A stretch of 63,793 nucleotides of DNA, counting the filler, from Octopus bimaculoides (Eukaryota): NCBI RefSeq assembly GCF_001194135.2. It is 5 parts of 5 records of this genome, joined end to end, with 100 filler letters (N's around TTAATTAATTAA, not from the genome) between each part and the next. Parts side by side here need not be neighbours in the genome. Positions count along the whole stretch, not along the records: positions 35,303 to 56,372 come from NC_068987.1; 4 more parts are not named here. One strand, written 5' to 3'. This document shows, in pieces, positions 39,790 through 54,635 of the stretch. The notes under the pieces were generated by a model. It made no database searches. It was given only the letters and a program-made list of their open reading frames with translations, and was not told where the DNA came from. The translations under genes and the position numbers were made by a program. The stretch's first letter is position 1; each line of letters begins with the position of its first letter.

Positions 39790-40005
39790 CTGGCAGCGAA
39801 CTAGCAGAATCGTCAGCACGACGGACAAAATTCTCAGCGCCATTTTGTCATTATTTAAGTTCTGAGTTTGAATTACATCGAAGTAAACTCTGTCTTTCGT
39901 TCTTTCGGGGTCGATGAAATAAGTACCGGTTGAGCACCAATAATCGACTAGTTCTTTCCCTCCAAATTTCAGGCCTTGTGCCAGTAATAGAAAGGATTAT
40001 TATTA

Positions 40006-40073
<68 letters not shown>

Positions 40074-40074
40074 T
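39790..40074 (+). mobile_element. SINE family A with (ATT)n tail
   Basis: ggcagcgaactagcagaatcg head, conserved body, tail from about 39996. Confidence 0.85.
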
Positions 40075-40543
40075 TTCTTCTTCAAATTTTCTTCCATTTC
40101 TCGCCGAGTGTTTTCCGTACACCTAGGAGCAGAGAAGCTCATTGTATGCATTCCCAGTTTACACACGCAAATTCACAGGTAAAATATGTATTTAAAAAAA
40201 TAGAAATAAATTCATGTATGGATGTTGTTTTCACAGCGATATTGCTCTTCTCAGTACATGAGTCGTTCCAGTTAACACGATTTTTTGCACTTCCTGTAGG
40301 GATGGTAAGCCTGGTATCATTTTCAAATAGGTTTCAGTGCTTTTTTTTTATCCTTCCTAGAGATCCTACAATCACTGGTACGGTAGTCGCCTTGAGGTGC
40401 CACATTTTTTCAATTTCTATTAGCAAGTCTTTATATTTACTGATCTTGTCAAATTCTTTCGCCGCTATATTATGATCGCAAGGAATACTCATGTCAATTA
40501 ATAAACACATCTTCTTTGTCTGATCTTTTATAATAATATCCGG

Positions 40544-40545
<2 letters not shown>
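40075..40545 (-). mobile_element. R4/Dong-like LINE 3' end
   Basis: Homologous to 28274-28800; RLE C-terminus and UTR; (TAA)n at both junctions. Confidence 0.88.
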
Positions 40546-40630
<85 letters not shown>

Positions 40631-40632
40631 TT

Positions 40633-41295
40633 ATGTTTGACTTTTGCTTTGCATTTGTACAAGTTGGATCCAAGTCTCACCCAGAGACCTCAAGAGACAA
40701 CAAGCTAGAAGTTCATGTAGGTGTTATGCCTAGGGTACCATATATTTGGATTTGTACAGTGTTGTTCTAGTGAATGTTTAAGAAACCATAAGAAAATTAT
40801 GTGTTTGTTTTAAAATTTGAGATCACATAGACAGTATTTTACGTAGGATATGGGCAGTTCCCATGAGCACTATCTTTTGAACTTCAGCCATTTTGGGGTT
40901 TCCTGGTATCTGAGCTAGGTAGTAATCAACCCGTTTCGCTGTCATTCCCAGGACACCTATGACAATAGGTAATATTTTTGTCTTCAGATTCCACATTTTG
41001 CTAATTTCTATTTCAAGATCTTTATATTTGCTCAGTTTTTGGTAGGTCTTGACAGATACGTTTATATCGATTGGGACAGTCATATCAATGAGGAGGTATG
41101 ATTTTTGTCTGAAGTCTTTCAGTATGATGTCTGGCCTATTTGCATCTATCTTTCTGTCAGTTTGAATGGTGAAGTTCCAGAGGAGTGCGATGTGATCATT
41201 TTCAAGTACTGGGGGTGGTTTGTGTTCCCACCAGTTTTTATTATGGGGCAAGTCCAGGTTTTTGCAAATTACCCAGTGAATATATTGTGCAGCTC
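40633..41295 (-). mobile_element. R4/Dong-like LINE 3' end, little decayed
   Basis: Open frame WWEHKPP..ANRPDIILKD..LIDMTVP..KLSKYKDL..QKIVLMGTAHILRKILSM*; near-identical to part of 26680-27320. Confidence 0.93.
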
Positions 41296-41649
41296 TTATT
41301 ACTATTATTATTATTAAGGCAGCGAGTTGGCAAAATCATTAGCATGCCGGACAAAATGCTTAATAATATTTCGTCCGTCTTTATGCACGGAGTTCAATTC
41401 CGATGAGGTCGACTTTTCTTTCCATCCTTCCAGGGTCGATAAAATACGGACTAGCTGAACACTCATGTAATCGACTTAGTCCACTCTCCTGAACTTGCTG
41501 GCTTTGTGCCAAAGTCTTCTGTCGAGTTCGACTTGTCTTTCATCCTTTTGGGGTCGATGAAATAAGTACCAGCTGAACACTGGGGTCGATGTAATCAACT
41601 AACTCCCTTCCCCCAAATTTCAGGCCTTCTACCTGTAGTAAAAATGAGC

Positions 41650-41698
<49 letters not shown>

Positions 41699-41960
41699 GA
41701 GTGAGAGAGCAGCGCATGCTATCAAAGTGACACTGGGGTACAAATATACGAAGCCCAATATACCCGTCATGACTACCCGTCTGATACCCCAATATACAGC
41801 CCGCACATACATCACAGCCATATGTGCGTGAAATGGCGATCTCATATCAAGATAAATAGCACATGATCTTGCAGGTGGGACCGAGTTAAAAGTTTTACAG
41901 GTCGAGTAGCCCATCCCACCCAAAAGATCCGTGAATAAGAGCTGTTTAACGAAACACCAA
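41699..41960 (-). mobile_element. Non-coding retroelement fragment (family E) with (AAT)n tail
   Basis: Ends ctctctcactc-(AAT)n on the minus strand; a homologous copy lies at about 61050-61275 on the plus strand. Confidence 0.65.
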
Positions 41961-41964
41961 TTAC

Positions 41965-42130
<166 letters not shown>

Positions 42131-42345
42131 GAGGTGGCGAGCTGGCAGAATCGTTAGTACGTCGGGCGAAATGTTTAGCGGAATTTGTCTGTTTTCATGT
42201 TCTGAGTTCAAATTTCGCCGAGGTCGATTTTGCCTTTCATCCTTTCGGGGGTCGATAAATTAAGTACCAGTTACGCACTGGGGTCGATGTAATTGACTAA
42301 TCTCTTCCCCCAGAATTGCTGCCCCTGTTGCAAAATTTGAAACTA
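42131..42345 (+). mobile_element. Full-length SINE family A
   Basis: gaggtggcgagcTGGCAGAATCG..GAGTTCAAATT..; ends gaaact-(ATT)n. Confidence 0.88.
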
Positions 42346-42639
42346 TTACTATTATTATTATTGCATTCTTTCATTGCAAAATCAAACACAGTTCTGTGAT
42401 CTCTTGGTGTATACAGTGTTTCGTGTTGTTTTAATATTTCCTGTTATACTAATATTATTCTACGCAATATATTGACTGTATACCATGTAAGATGTGTGTA
42501 TGCGTGCATTACTTTCTGTATGGTATTCATATTTGTATGGCGCTCATATTCGTTTATGTGTTATGTGTTTGCATGTTTTTTTATCATTCCGAAAGCATTT
42601 AATGTTATAATGATTCTCTCTGCTGTCAGTGTATATATA

Positions 42640-43200
42640 CAGGTTAGCTTTATTTAGAGATCTATATAATTGAATAACTTTAAACTTCTTTGAGAGATAC
42701 GTTATTATCGATTCGGACTGAAATCTCAATTAGGTGGCATTTTCTCTTCCTGGAAGACATTCGTAATAATATCTAGTCGATAATGTTTTCTTGTATATGT
42801 GTCATGACATAGCCCAGACTCAAGTTGCTTTTGTCATTCTTCGAACGCTTTTCTTTTGTCAGCCTATACCACCTCTTTCCTGTTGGTATTTTATCATGTT
42901 TCCCTGGCACCCAGCATCCTGAACGCCACATATTTTGACGTTATTGTTTTCTGTTATATTGCATAGATTTAATAGTTTCTGGAGGGGAAGGATATAATCC
43001 CGTGTTCAATCAATAATCTTGAATCACAAACACTGTTGATAATTTTCATGGTGCAATTCCACTGTGTTTAACCTTTTTAGATACTGGTCACGTAAGGGCT
43101 TTCTTTGCCAAATTTTATCATGATATTCCATAGTCCTGCTTTTAGCTTAGATTTATCCTTCTTACAATATCTCGTGTTGCTACACATTTTTCTTCACAAC
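42640..43200 (-). mobile_element. Old R4/Dong-like fragment
   Basis: KKPLRDQYLKRLN, RLDII and ISVRIDNNVSLKEV remnants. Confidence 0.55.
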
Positions 43201-43964
43201 TATTTGTCCTTTCAGTCTCTGAATAATATTTGTCGGCTTACTTGAAGACAAAAAAAAAAAAAAAGCAAACAAAAATTGTTTGTTCTATTCGTGTTTTGTG
43301 GATATTTCTTCTAGTTTACCATTATTCTTTACACAGATACTTTTGTAATTCTAAAGTGGATATTTCACAGATTTCTAGTTACAAAAAGCTTCTGTAAGCC
43401 AAGTACAAATGCGATGGTCAGCCACATATTGAATCAGAAATAGCTTAACGTAGATTAAAACAACAAATAGGAAATGCAGGAAGGAAGCAGACCATATACA
43501 GACGGAACCAAGATGTCAGCTCTATACGGTTGAAAAAACACGCATTTTGATGAAATTGGGAAAATAATAACAGATTTGTTTAAAATGTGGACATTCTTCG
43601 ATAAATACCTGCTCAGTCAGCGGAAATGAATCTCCCCCACACCACCCATCTCGTCTCTTGACTACAGTCAATCACATTCACACTTTTCTTTTGCACACAG
43701 ATTTTCTTTTTTTACAAATTATCTATATTGACATAATCACAAATTTCCTAAAGCATATAACAAGCATATAAACACTTTCCAAAATACCCGGACATAATTT
43801 TAAATAACTATATGCTTGGGGGATAAACATTTACATAATATTGGAGTTTATGCACACACACACACACACACATAGATACACACAGACACGCACAGAGATA
43901 CACACACATATACATATATATAATATATATCATACAATACATATATAAATATGTATTATAAGGG

Positions 43965-44005
<41 letters not shown>

Positions 44006-44510
44006 NNNNNNNNNNNNNNNNNNNNNNNNNNNNNNNNNNNNNNNNNNNNNNNNNNNNNNNNNNNNNNNNNNNNNNNNNNNNNNNNNNNNNNNNNNNNNNN
44101 NNNNNNNNNNNNNNNNNNNNNNNNNNNNNNNNNNNNNNNNNNNNNNNNNNNNNNNNNNNNNNNNNNNNNNNNNNNNNNNNNNNNNNNNNNNNNNNNNNNN
44201 NNNNNNNNNNNNNNNNNNNNNNNNNNNNNNNNNNNNNNNNNNNNNNNNNNNNNNNNNNNNNNNNNNNNNNNNNNNNNNNNNNNNNNNNNNNNNNNNNNNN
44301 NNNNNNNNNNNNNNNNNNNNNNNNNNNNNNNNNNNNNNNNNNNNNNNNNNNNNNNNNNNNNNNNNNNNNNNNNNNNNNNNNNNNNNNNNNNNNNNNNNNN
44401 NNNNNNNNNNNNNNNNNNNNNNNNNNNNNNNNNNNNNNNNNNNNNNNNNNNNNNNNNNNNNNNNNNNNNNNNNNNNNNNNNAGCAAGTCAGTGTGGTGTT
44501 TCCATTGTAG

Positions 44511-44604
44511 GATTCAACTCGAACTCATGGCCATCTACATTTTCGAGTTGGAATCCCGAAGAAAATATTAAGTCTATGTTTCAGAAATTCAAGTTACATC
44601 ATCG
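44511..44604 (+). CDS. Candidate exon (FNSNSWPSTFSSWNPEENIKSMFQKFKLHH)
   Basis: Acceptor gtttccattgtag, donor CG|GTAAAA; FSSWNPEE resembles the CTLD F..W..GEP segment. A second frame is also open. Confidence 0.45.
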
Positions 44605-44825
44605 GTAAAACCAATGTGTCGGTCTTTCGAAGAGTAACATAAAATCCAAATAAGAAGACGACAAATGAATTTTGCATACCTTCATTATTAGTTGCAATTG
44701 TTTCGGTACCACTTCATTTTAACACTATTGTACGCTAAGGATTTCATGTGAAAAAATTCGCAATAGTTGCGATAGATTACAATTGAATAGTTTCTTCAGA
44801 AATTTTTTTAAAATAAATCTAGCAG

Positions 44826-44889
44826 CAATGTTCCTGTATTGCGAATGTCGTTGCTTCTATCCCATGCTGACTGGATTTGTGCATCAAAA
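44826..44889 (+). CDS. Candidate exon (NVPVLRMSLLLSHADWICASK)
   Basis: Phase 2 in, phase 0 out, strong donor AAA|GTAAGG; supplies a terminal IC like the last CTLD strand. Confidence 0.4.
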
Positions 44890-45452
44890 GTAAGGACAGT
44901 CTTTTATTTATAAATAGGAGCATTAGGTTTGTGAAATTATTGGAGATGTAAAGATATGCCTTCATAGTTGTTCAGCAAAATACTGATGTATCGCCAGTGT
45001 GTATGCTTTTGTAATGCTTTAAGAAAAATGAAGATAATATTTACTAATCTTAGGGATTCAATTTTGTAGAATATTGAGGAGAGTGGTTAGAATAATTATG
45101 AATGTAAAACAATCTTTCAATAAGTTTAAAGTAAGAGCAACATTTACTTGTATCTAAAAAATATAACGATGTTAGGGATTGTGTCAACTGTAATTCGTCA
45201 AAGTATTTCACTAAATAACCTTATGATACCTTTTATAACTCTAATCTATGACATTTATATGTTCTCAGACTAAAAGGATACAAAATCTTATGGAATTTCT
45301 CGCAAAGTAGGAAACCTTTCATATGAAAGACTCAAAATTTAGATTCTAATAATCTGACCTGTTCTGCTCATCATTTTTGAACCCGAGGAAACATCACCCG
45401 CACGCACACACACGCGCGCACACGCACACACACATATACACACACATGCACA

Positions 45453-45489
<37 letters not shown>

Positions 45490-46449
45490 GCACGCACGCA
45501 CGCACACACGCCCAGAGTCACACAAATGCTCAATGATTATTGCGCGAAGTCGTACACACAAGCTCGGACACGATCAAGCAAGAAAACTGTCCAATATCAA
45601 AGTTTAACGGAAAACCTTTAACTGTCTGAAGCATACAAATATATTCACATACATGAACATCCACATACATACACAAAAATACACGTGCACACGCGCACAC
45701 ACACATATACGCACACATACTCATTCTCTCTCTGTTCCTCTCACAAACACACACTCAAACACACACATTTACCATCTCGTACATTAACATATTTCTCTAT
45801 TATGCACAAAGGTATACACACTTTCCCAGACACACAGACAGGTATACCTACAGGTTCTCTGTCTAAATCTGTCTGTCTTTCTCTTTTTTCCTCTTAGATA
45901 CACGCATTTGCACATATATAAGATTACTCATCTCTCCTGTCTCACTTACCTAGCAATCAGTATAATTATTTCCTCACTTTCCTGCATAAATCTTTGAATT
46001 CATGTCGCGAAATCTTTCGACCGCCAAACAACGCAAATTTGCAGGCGATCAAAGATGGCGGCTAACAAATTAGAATTAAGAACTATAAAACAAGACGACA
46101 AATTCAATAAAACAACAATGAGTCAAGCAAAATATAAATCTAGCATCAAAACAACAAGAGCGTTACAAAAACACAAGAAAACAACGACACACAAGATCAT
46201 CATCATCAACAACAACAACAACAACTATATAACAATAAAATCAAAATTAAACAATATATTTGTTGGCACAATTAGTTCCAGTAAAACAGAGAGAAAATTA
46301 TGCTAAACTGAACGCCACTAATCACTCAATTCCTATTACAAATTGACTTCTGATTTTCCCCTCCCCATTTCATTCTATAATCCCACCACCACCAACATCA
46401 TCACCACCACCACCACCACCACAACTATCACCACCACCACCACCACCAT

Positions 46450-46484
<35 letters not shown>

Positions 46485-47149
46485 GACCACCGCATCTTTC
46501 ACTTTTACATTTTTGACATCTTGAACGAATTTCTCAGACGAAATAGGAAATCAACCAAGCTCAAAATAGATAAAGTTATGGCGGATGGAAGGACAGTTTC
46601 TTAATTTTTGGCGTTATGGCATTCATTTACAGCAAATGAAGAAATTTTGTTGTTGCTGTTGTTATTGTTCTAGCAGTTGCTGTTATTTTTTTCCTATAGT
46701 TGTAATTGATCTAGTAGAAGGGGTAGTATAGTATTGTAGTGGTTGTTGTCGTTCACATTATTGTCATCATTGTTGTTATTGCTTCCGTCCTGGCGGCCAT
46801 TTTTCATGATGTGGTTTGTTGTATATATTTTTTTTATTTCCACTTCATTTATTGTTATTTCGCTGATTATGATCTGATCATTGTTGTTGTTACTGTGTTC
46901 TTGTTGTTGTTGATGGTGGTGACGCTGAGGTTTTCGTTTTTGTTGTAATTGATTGTTTTTGTTCTTATTCTCGTTGATTTCATGTTGTCTTTGTCACTTC
47001 TGTTGGTGAACATTATGATTCTTTCATATGCTGTTATTGTCGATGAGGGAGATAATGAATACTATGACGATGAAGATAATGAATACTGTGACAATGTTCA
47101 TTAGTATTCCTCTTGATCTTAACACGAAATTCGTATATTGCATTGATTG

Positions 47150-47325
47150 TCTGAATTAGGTTCTTTAGCTTACACGTGAATTGTGAGTGTCCTCATAGAT
47201 ATAACATGTCTGTGATCAAATCCCTTCTGAGAGGAATATTTAAATATTCATTCACAAAAGAATCTTTAAATAAGGAAATCATAAACATTAAAGAATCTTT
47301 AGTTGATAACCTATACTATATTAGT
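47150..47325 (+). mobile_element. Penelope-like RT C-terminal fragment
   Basis: HRYNMSVIKSLLRGIFKYS..LNKEIINIKESLVDN resembles K.S.I.SL..RA..ICS..L..E...I...L..N. Confidence 0.5.
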
Positions 47326-48324
47326 ACATTAGTACAGCGGCTCTCAAACTCGCCAATGCCACCATCCTCAACTAAAAACAGTGAAACTTTTGCCATTCTC
47401 TCTTTAATAATAATAGGAAGAGGCAAAAGATTTTGCACTAATATAACTTTTCTTTGTTCACCATGGTGTAAGACAAATTTTAAAATTCGAAAATAGATTA
47501 ATTTTATTAAAAAGGTCTATTACTGTAAATATTCACGATTCATTTGGAAATCGGATAATGAAGGAAGTTTTATGACATTAATTTCGTAGATTAAATTCCA
47601 CATTACGCCCCAACCCATTTTAATATCGACTCACAAATCCGGGCTTATTTCATCCTGCTGTTTTCTGAGATTTTTGTTGATTAACTTCAAATAAGAATCA
47701 CTTCCTGATGTTTGAGGACATTGTCCACGCGACCTATCAAAGACGTTCACAGCTAACACCTTATTTTATTTCTTTTTATTTTTGGTCCTTAGCTTCATTT
47801 TAACGTAGCTCAATCTGTTGTAAACAATCAAACCAAGCTTGTTTTCCCTCCATTCTGTCAGTTTCAAAGCTCTTAGAAAAGGTTTTGGGGGCTTCTCTTC
47901 CTCCTACGAATAAATTGTAACAACACACATGCGCACGCGCACACACGCACGCATATACATGCATACACACACATAATCTCCGGATTAAGCAGTAAAAATA
48001 CTTTAGTTATTCCTGTGGTTACAGTTAATTGTTGAGTTAATCACGCGAAAGGTTTAGAAATAATCCTGCTTGCCAACATATCCCTACCTTTATTTAACTT
48101 GATGAATGTTGATACATGTATCTGTTTGTGGAATTACATAGCTATAAAACTGGTTTAACTATACTGCTATTAAAAAGTATCAAAGGTGTTCCACAAGTAG
48201 CTTAACTACTGCAACAATCAATACTGTATCATCAGCCGAAATAGCAATAATAATCATTGACATTTGGTTAAGATAAGGGTTACCTGCTACCCAGAAGGCC
48301 TCAAAATATATATTTTTGATTCAG

Positions 48325-48388
48325 GGTTACCAGCTACCTATACGTAACTTGTCACGCAATAGCCATGACGGAAGTTTAAGGACTAATG
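48325..48388 (+). CDS. Candidate exon (GYQLPIRNLSRNSHDGSLRTN)
   Basis: Acceptor tatttttgattcag, donor G|GTATTT; phase 0 to 1, compatible with 44889. Confidence 0.3.
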
Positions 48389-48479
48389 GTATTTAGATCT
48401 GCTGTTATGAAACCAAAGGACGGATAAATAAAGCTCTCTATAGATAATTACCGAAATACAGTCTGTTGAGATTTTTCAG

Positions 48480-48506
48480 TGATTTGGGATATATTTCCAA
48501 AAGATG
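48480..48506 (+). CDS. Candidate 27-nt exon (IWDIFPKD)
   Basis: Acceptor gagatttttcag, strong donor G|GTAAGG; phase 1 to 1. Confidence 0.3.
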
Positions 48507-48769
48507 GTAAGGCGAAACACTGCAAAATAAAGTCTTATCCAGAAATGTTCATGATCTGAATTCATAAGTAGTCGAATGTCCAATAGACTTTACGAGTTCA
48601 CTTGCAGGAAGTGAAATGTCTAATAGACTCAACCATTTCGCTTCTACTGCCAATTTACCATAGTGAATATAAGAAAGGGAGAAGACAATGGTCTTTGAAT
48701 GTCTTCTTTTTATTCTTAACATTGTTTACCAGTAAATAATCAGAAAGTCTCCTTCAGCAAAGGAAAATA

Positions 48770-49290
48770 ACTTAAATGAATTTAGGGACAGAATTAATGT
48801 AGAAATTTATAAATACAGTATGGAAGAATGTTACTTTAATCTTAGCCAGCTCAGAAAACATTAATGGAATTCGAACAGATGCTGGATAATTTACATTCCA
48901 TAAGAATTTAGGTATGAATGAAAAGAGTTCTCTGTGCGAAAGCTAACGAGAAGATGAACGTACATTTTGACACATGAAGACAATATACTAAAAAGTTAGT
49001 CAAATAGACGGACCATTATCTATGCCAGAAATGTAATTTAGGTAAAAGCTACAGTATATGATTCTGTGGTATTGGAATTGATCATAAAAAAAAAATTAAC
49101 ACATTAGATTGCAACGTGAAGAAACTACTAAATAATTCTCATAAATTCCACAAAAAATCTGACATTGAACAACTGTACATTCTAAGAAGGGAGAGTGACA
49201 GGGAATTATTGACTGTCAAACAACCTTTTAAGGCATCAATTATTAACATTTTGCACTAGTTCTCAAGCTCATTAGAAATCCCTGCAAGGT
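48770..49290 (+). mobile_element. Old R4/Dong-like thumb-region fragment
   Basis: INTLDCNVKKLLNNSHKFHKKSDIEQLYILRR resembles HPKSDVDRLYL.R. Confidence 0.6.
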
Positions 49291-49423
49291 AGCATGAAGG
49301 AATGTGGCGAAAGATGTAATACATTTAACATAGCTGCAGCAACAGTATTCCCCTTAGGAATTAGTTTATATTCGAAACTGTTAAAATATAAAGCTTACGC
49401 TGTGGCAGAAGTAGTCACAGAAG

Positions 49424-49539
<116 letters not shown>

Positions 49540-50507
49540 TGCATACGCAAGAATGACAAATTGAAGCAACACGATGAATAAAGCACAAATGTTTGCTATT
49601 AACTGACCAATACATTTGTGTGATATGAATACCTCACATAGAAAAAGAAAAAAAAACACAAAAAATTCTCTTCTGAGTGAATACAGTTCGAACCAACAAA
49701 CTGAGTCATCAGATGCAACAGTATCCGCCATTAAGGGACGGAAGTCTTCTATCAGATATACTAGAGTAAAAGCGCAAATAATTGTAGATCACGCCGGAAT
49801 AATAATCACGTAGAAGTTGTAGAAAGACAGAAAGTAAAACAGATACAGAAATGGAAGAGAAGAGAACATAAGAAGTATAGAGAAGAAAGAGAGGTGAAAG
49901 TACGATAAGAAAAAGAGATGAAAAAGTAAAAACAATAGCAAAGAAGAATGAAGTAAGAGAATAAAGACGTAAAAGACGTGAAACGAAAATCAAAACACAG
50001 ACAAATAAGATAAGACTGAAGAAAAAAGAAAAGAAACAAAGCAAATAGATGTGAGAGACATTAAAGTTGTTGAATAAAGCAACAACTGTAACAGGTAACA
50101 TACACAGTAAAACCCTAATCTAATCAGGTCTAGAAGGCATGATGAGGACCTTAAGAGATTAGAACTAACGACTGACTAAATTTGCTGCACAGTAAAACTA
50201 AAATATGTTGACATAGACATTAATAGAAGGTGGTGAATTATTCTGATAGATATCCCCAACTGCATAGAACAGACAACGGTTTGATGAACATATCTAAAAT
50301 ATATGCAGCAGATATCTGTGGTATATGTACGGAGAAGGTAAGACGTCAAATATGTATTCCTCAAGAGCGTGTGCGCGCGTGTATCTCTGTCTTTCTCTCC
50401 CTCTTTCTCTTTCTCTGTCTGTTACTATCTGTCTGTCTGTTTGTTTCTCTCTCTATATATGTATGTGTGTGTGTGTTTCTGTGTGTATGTGCATACACAC
50501 ACACGTA

Positions 50508-51181
<674 letters not shown>

Positions 51182-51699
51182 GAACTGCAATAGTTATACA
51201 GATTGCATATGTAAATTAATATATATAGAAATACTAAAATAAACAACAATTTTGACTTAAAATACATACATATATACAAACAAACACAGACGCACGCACA
51301 TACGCACGCACACGCACAAACACACACACACACACACGTACACACACCCTCATATATATATATCACAAGATCTGAAGATCCGTACCGTCTAGGTTGGGTA
51401 TTAAGTGAGAAATCGGATCTCCTCTTCCCACCAACCAGAGGAGCTGCAGATTCTTTACAGTAAATATATTAACTTAATTGCCTCTTTTCTTCTGATATAT
51501 TCCTATTTAGTGGAGACGTGATACATGTGAACTGGTCAGGTATTCGATTTGTGTTTATCACTTAGAAGGTTGAGGGACATAGAAAGATGGAGAACAAAAA
51601 CAGAAGATCTACAAATCTGCTATTTTTTATTCGACAGCACTTAACTACTTGACAAAATATTGTCAAGTGGAACAGTAGCATTTAAAAAGGAATTAAACT

Positions 51700-54635
51700 A
51701 AACACGATTTTATTGACAAGAAATGTTTTATTCAATCATCAATACTTCCGTATTTTTTCAATTGAAACTACATTTCTAAGAAATTCATTGTAGTTTTTAA
51801 TTTTGTCAAAAATTGTAGGCTGCTTCGTGAAATGTTTAGACATCAGATGGACATTGATTGCAGCTTCTGCCAAATAAGCCTTCCCATCTGGCCTTATATT
51901 ATTTATTACAGAAAACACTCGTTCAACTGGTGCAGAAGAACCAAGAAAACAAAGAAGGTACTCCACTACGGCACAAAGATTTGTTACTAATATGCTTTTC
52001 TTTACGATGGTCAAAAACAATTTGCCACTTTTCTTCATACTTAAAGTTCTATGTTGTCAAAACTTCTGCTTCAAAAGCACCAAACCCTTTGCAATAACAA
52101 ATACATCAAATAATTGATCAATGTTCATTTCTTGCTTTCCAGAATGCTTAGCGGTATTTCGCCCGTCTTCACGTTCTGCGTTTAAATTCTCTCAAGGTCG
52201 ACTTTGCCTCTTCATTCTTTCGGGGTCGATAAAATAAGTACAAGTTGAACATCGGGCTAGATTAGGGTTAGGGTTAATCAACTTACACCTTCCCACCAAA
52301 TTGCTAGCCTTGTACCAAAATTTGAAACCAATATTTATTTCTTTGCTGTCTACTTCTTTGTTTAATCTTAACTGCAGACTGCTCAAACCTGGACTAAAAT
52401 ATTTCTCCAGAATTTAACCATATAGTGTTTTCCTCCAGTTCAAAGTTCTCTTATTATAGGTCAAGGTATGAGAGATATCTTTCATAAAATCATTTAAATT
52501 CTTTTTGAATGCTTTCACCATTTTCAGGTACATTTTCTCAGTTTTTTCTTTCTTCTATATTTGTTATCAGATTTGATATTTCGTGTTTGATATCTGCTGT
52601 TTCAAATAGTCTTCTCCGTGGGCAGAATCGATTTGTTGAAAATGTTAAGCTGTCCATATGCAAACCAAAAATACATTTCTCCAACATCGTTTGCAAAGAA
52701 TTATTTTATCAGTCCCGAGCAGTGATTTTAAGCCAGCAAAAATGAATTCGTTCAACCTCAGAGAACATTGACAAAAATCTGGTTTTACGATGTTGTAATA
52801 AATAACTTTTTTCGGTAGCGCTTAGGCAAAGTCACAACATTCTTTAAGCTGCATTATATGTACTGTGTATATGTGAAAATATATGAGGAGTTTTGCAAAT
52901 GATTCGATATCAATAGGTAATATATCAGCAGCTGTTTAGAGACAGCTGCGCATAATGTGTGCAGCACAGCCACAGCTAACAAGGTCCCTTTCAAGTTTTC
53001 TTTTTAATTTGCTAAATATATTGCTCTTGTTTTTTTTTTTTTTGTTGCACATAACAAAATTTGTGTAGTAGTTGTTTCTACAAAGCCTAGCGACTTTTCC
53101 CGTAAACCAGTGATTGTCAATAACTGTGAATGAGGTATCAGTTAAGATCTCAGCAGTGCTAGCTTGAACTCTGTGCATATCTAAAACTTTGACTTGTACT
53201 CCTTGACCAGGACTGAAATATCGAATAATAAAAAGTACCTTTTTAATCGCTTTTCGATTCGAACCATCTATAGAAATTGCTAGACGTTCAGCAAGAGAGG
53301 ATTTCGCCATTCGTGAAATTACATCAAAAGTTTTGTTTTCTCTTCCATCACACTTGACGAAACTTTGGTTCAAAAAATTTTGAGGCCAGCTTTGACGACT
53401 AGTCCGATGTCTTGAACCTCAATTTATGAGAAACGTTGTGTAAAACAAAAATGGCTTCTTTAGCGGTAACGGGAAGCTTCAATTCGATTATTTCTGATGT
53501 TTTAAATAAAATAGTATATAATCGTGACGAACTAGCAACAGAACTTGTTTCATTCCTTTAAGATTTTAAGTGATCTAAATTTCCGACCAAACTCCATCTA
53601 CCACAACGACCTCTGTGAAATAGCGATCACGTTTTTATTCTGTTAGCACAGAAGATTCTTTTAGAAAACAGTACTCCCTTTCGAGCTCTTTCTTAAATGT
53701 AGACGTTCTCTTCAGCATTGTAACAACAGATAAAATATTTTGAAGGGAAATATGTATAAAATATCAGAATATAAAATTGGTCCATTCTGGGACGAACCAA
53801 CACCTGGAGAAATTTATACGGTGAACAACATAGCAAGAAAAACAGCGATGAAATATACAGATCGAGTTGCTTATTCATGAAACAACGAAAATATTCATTG
53901 TTATTTAATCAAAAGTCCATATGCGCGTGTGCGCAATTCAAAAAAAAAAAGAATGAATACTCGCAGGAGAGGAGTTGTATATTTCCATATATGTGTCTGT
54001 AAGGGAAACTAGAATTAAGCATAGTTGTCACAAATCCAGAAGTTATCTGGTATTTCTCTGTAGCTTGATTAAGACAAATTAAAAGATAGCTTACAAAAAC
54101 AAAGAGAGTTGTCTCGGTTAATTGTCTGTGGTGAGTCGTACAGGCTTCTCAAACAGTTTTGGTGAACTATTTGTGGCACGAACTGAATGGTCCAAGATGT
54201 GCAATTTCTCACTATTTTTCATGTAAAACAGGTCTTATATAAGGCCTAATATTACTAATTATTAATATGCATATGGATCAGATTTCAAAGAACCCCACTT
54301 TCTCTCAGGCCATAAAAATTTTCTGCAGCCAACTTGATTGTTCTAGAATCGATCTGGTTTCTCAAATGCCATCTGCTTCTTTCTTTAATTAAAGGAGTAA
54401 TTCTGAATATTATGGTTTATGTTTGTGAGTGAAGCAGAGTGTTTTCGTTTCAAATCCTGGTTGGGTTATTGCGCTAGAAAAACTAATTAGTGTCAATAAC
54501 TTTGAGACTTTTCTGAATAAACAAAGTAAAAATCATAACAGATTTCTGAAAAATAGGGACATAATTTAAAACCGACAGGGACAACGTTAATAAGCTGGGA
54601 CAACCCTGATCAAATCGAGACATATGATAATCCTA
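51700..54635 (-). mobile_element. Degenerate hAT transposon (Blackjack-like TIR) with a SINE insertion at about 52136-52330
   Basis: ISIDGSNRKAIK..IRYFSP..GVQVKVLD catalytic region (52936-53373); GSSAPVERVFS dimerisation motif (51739-52038); end reads TAGGATTATCATATGTCTCG with nearby GGGACA subterminal repeats; other end not located. Confidence 0.8.

Noticed and set aside
53750-53880. Protein-like plus-strand frame GPFWDEPTPGEIY
   Set aside because: Lies within the hAT element, antisense to the transposase N-terminal region.
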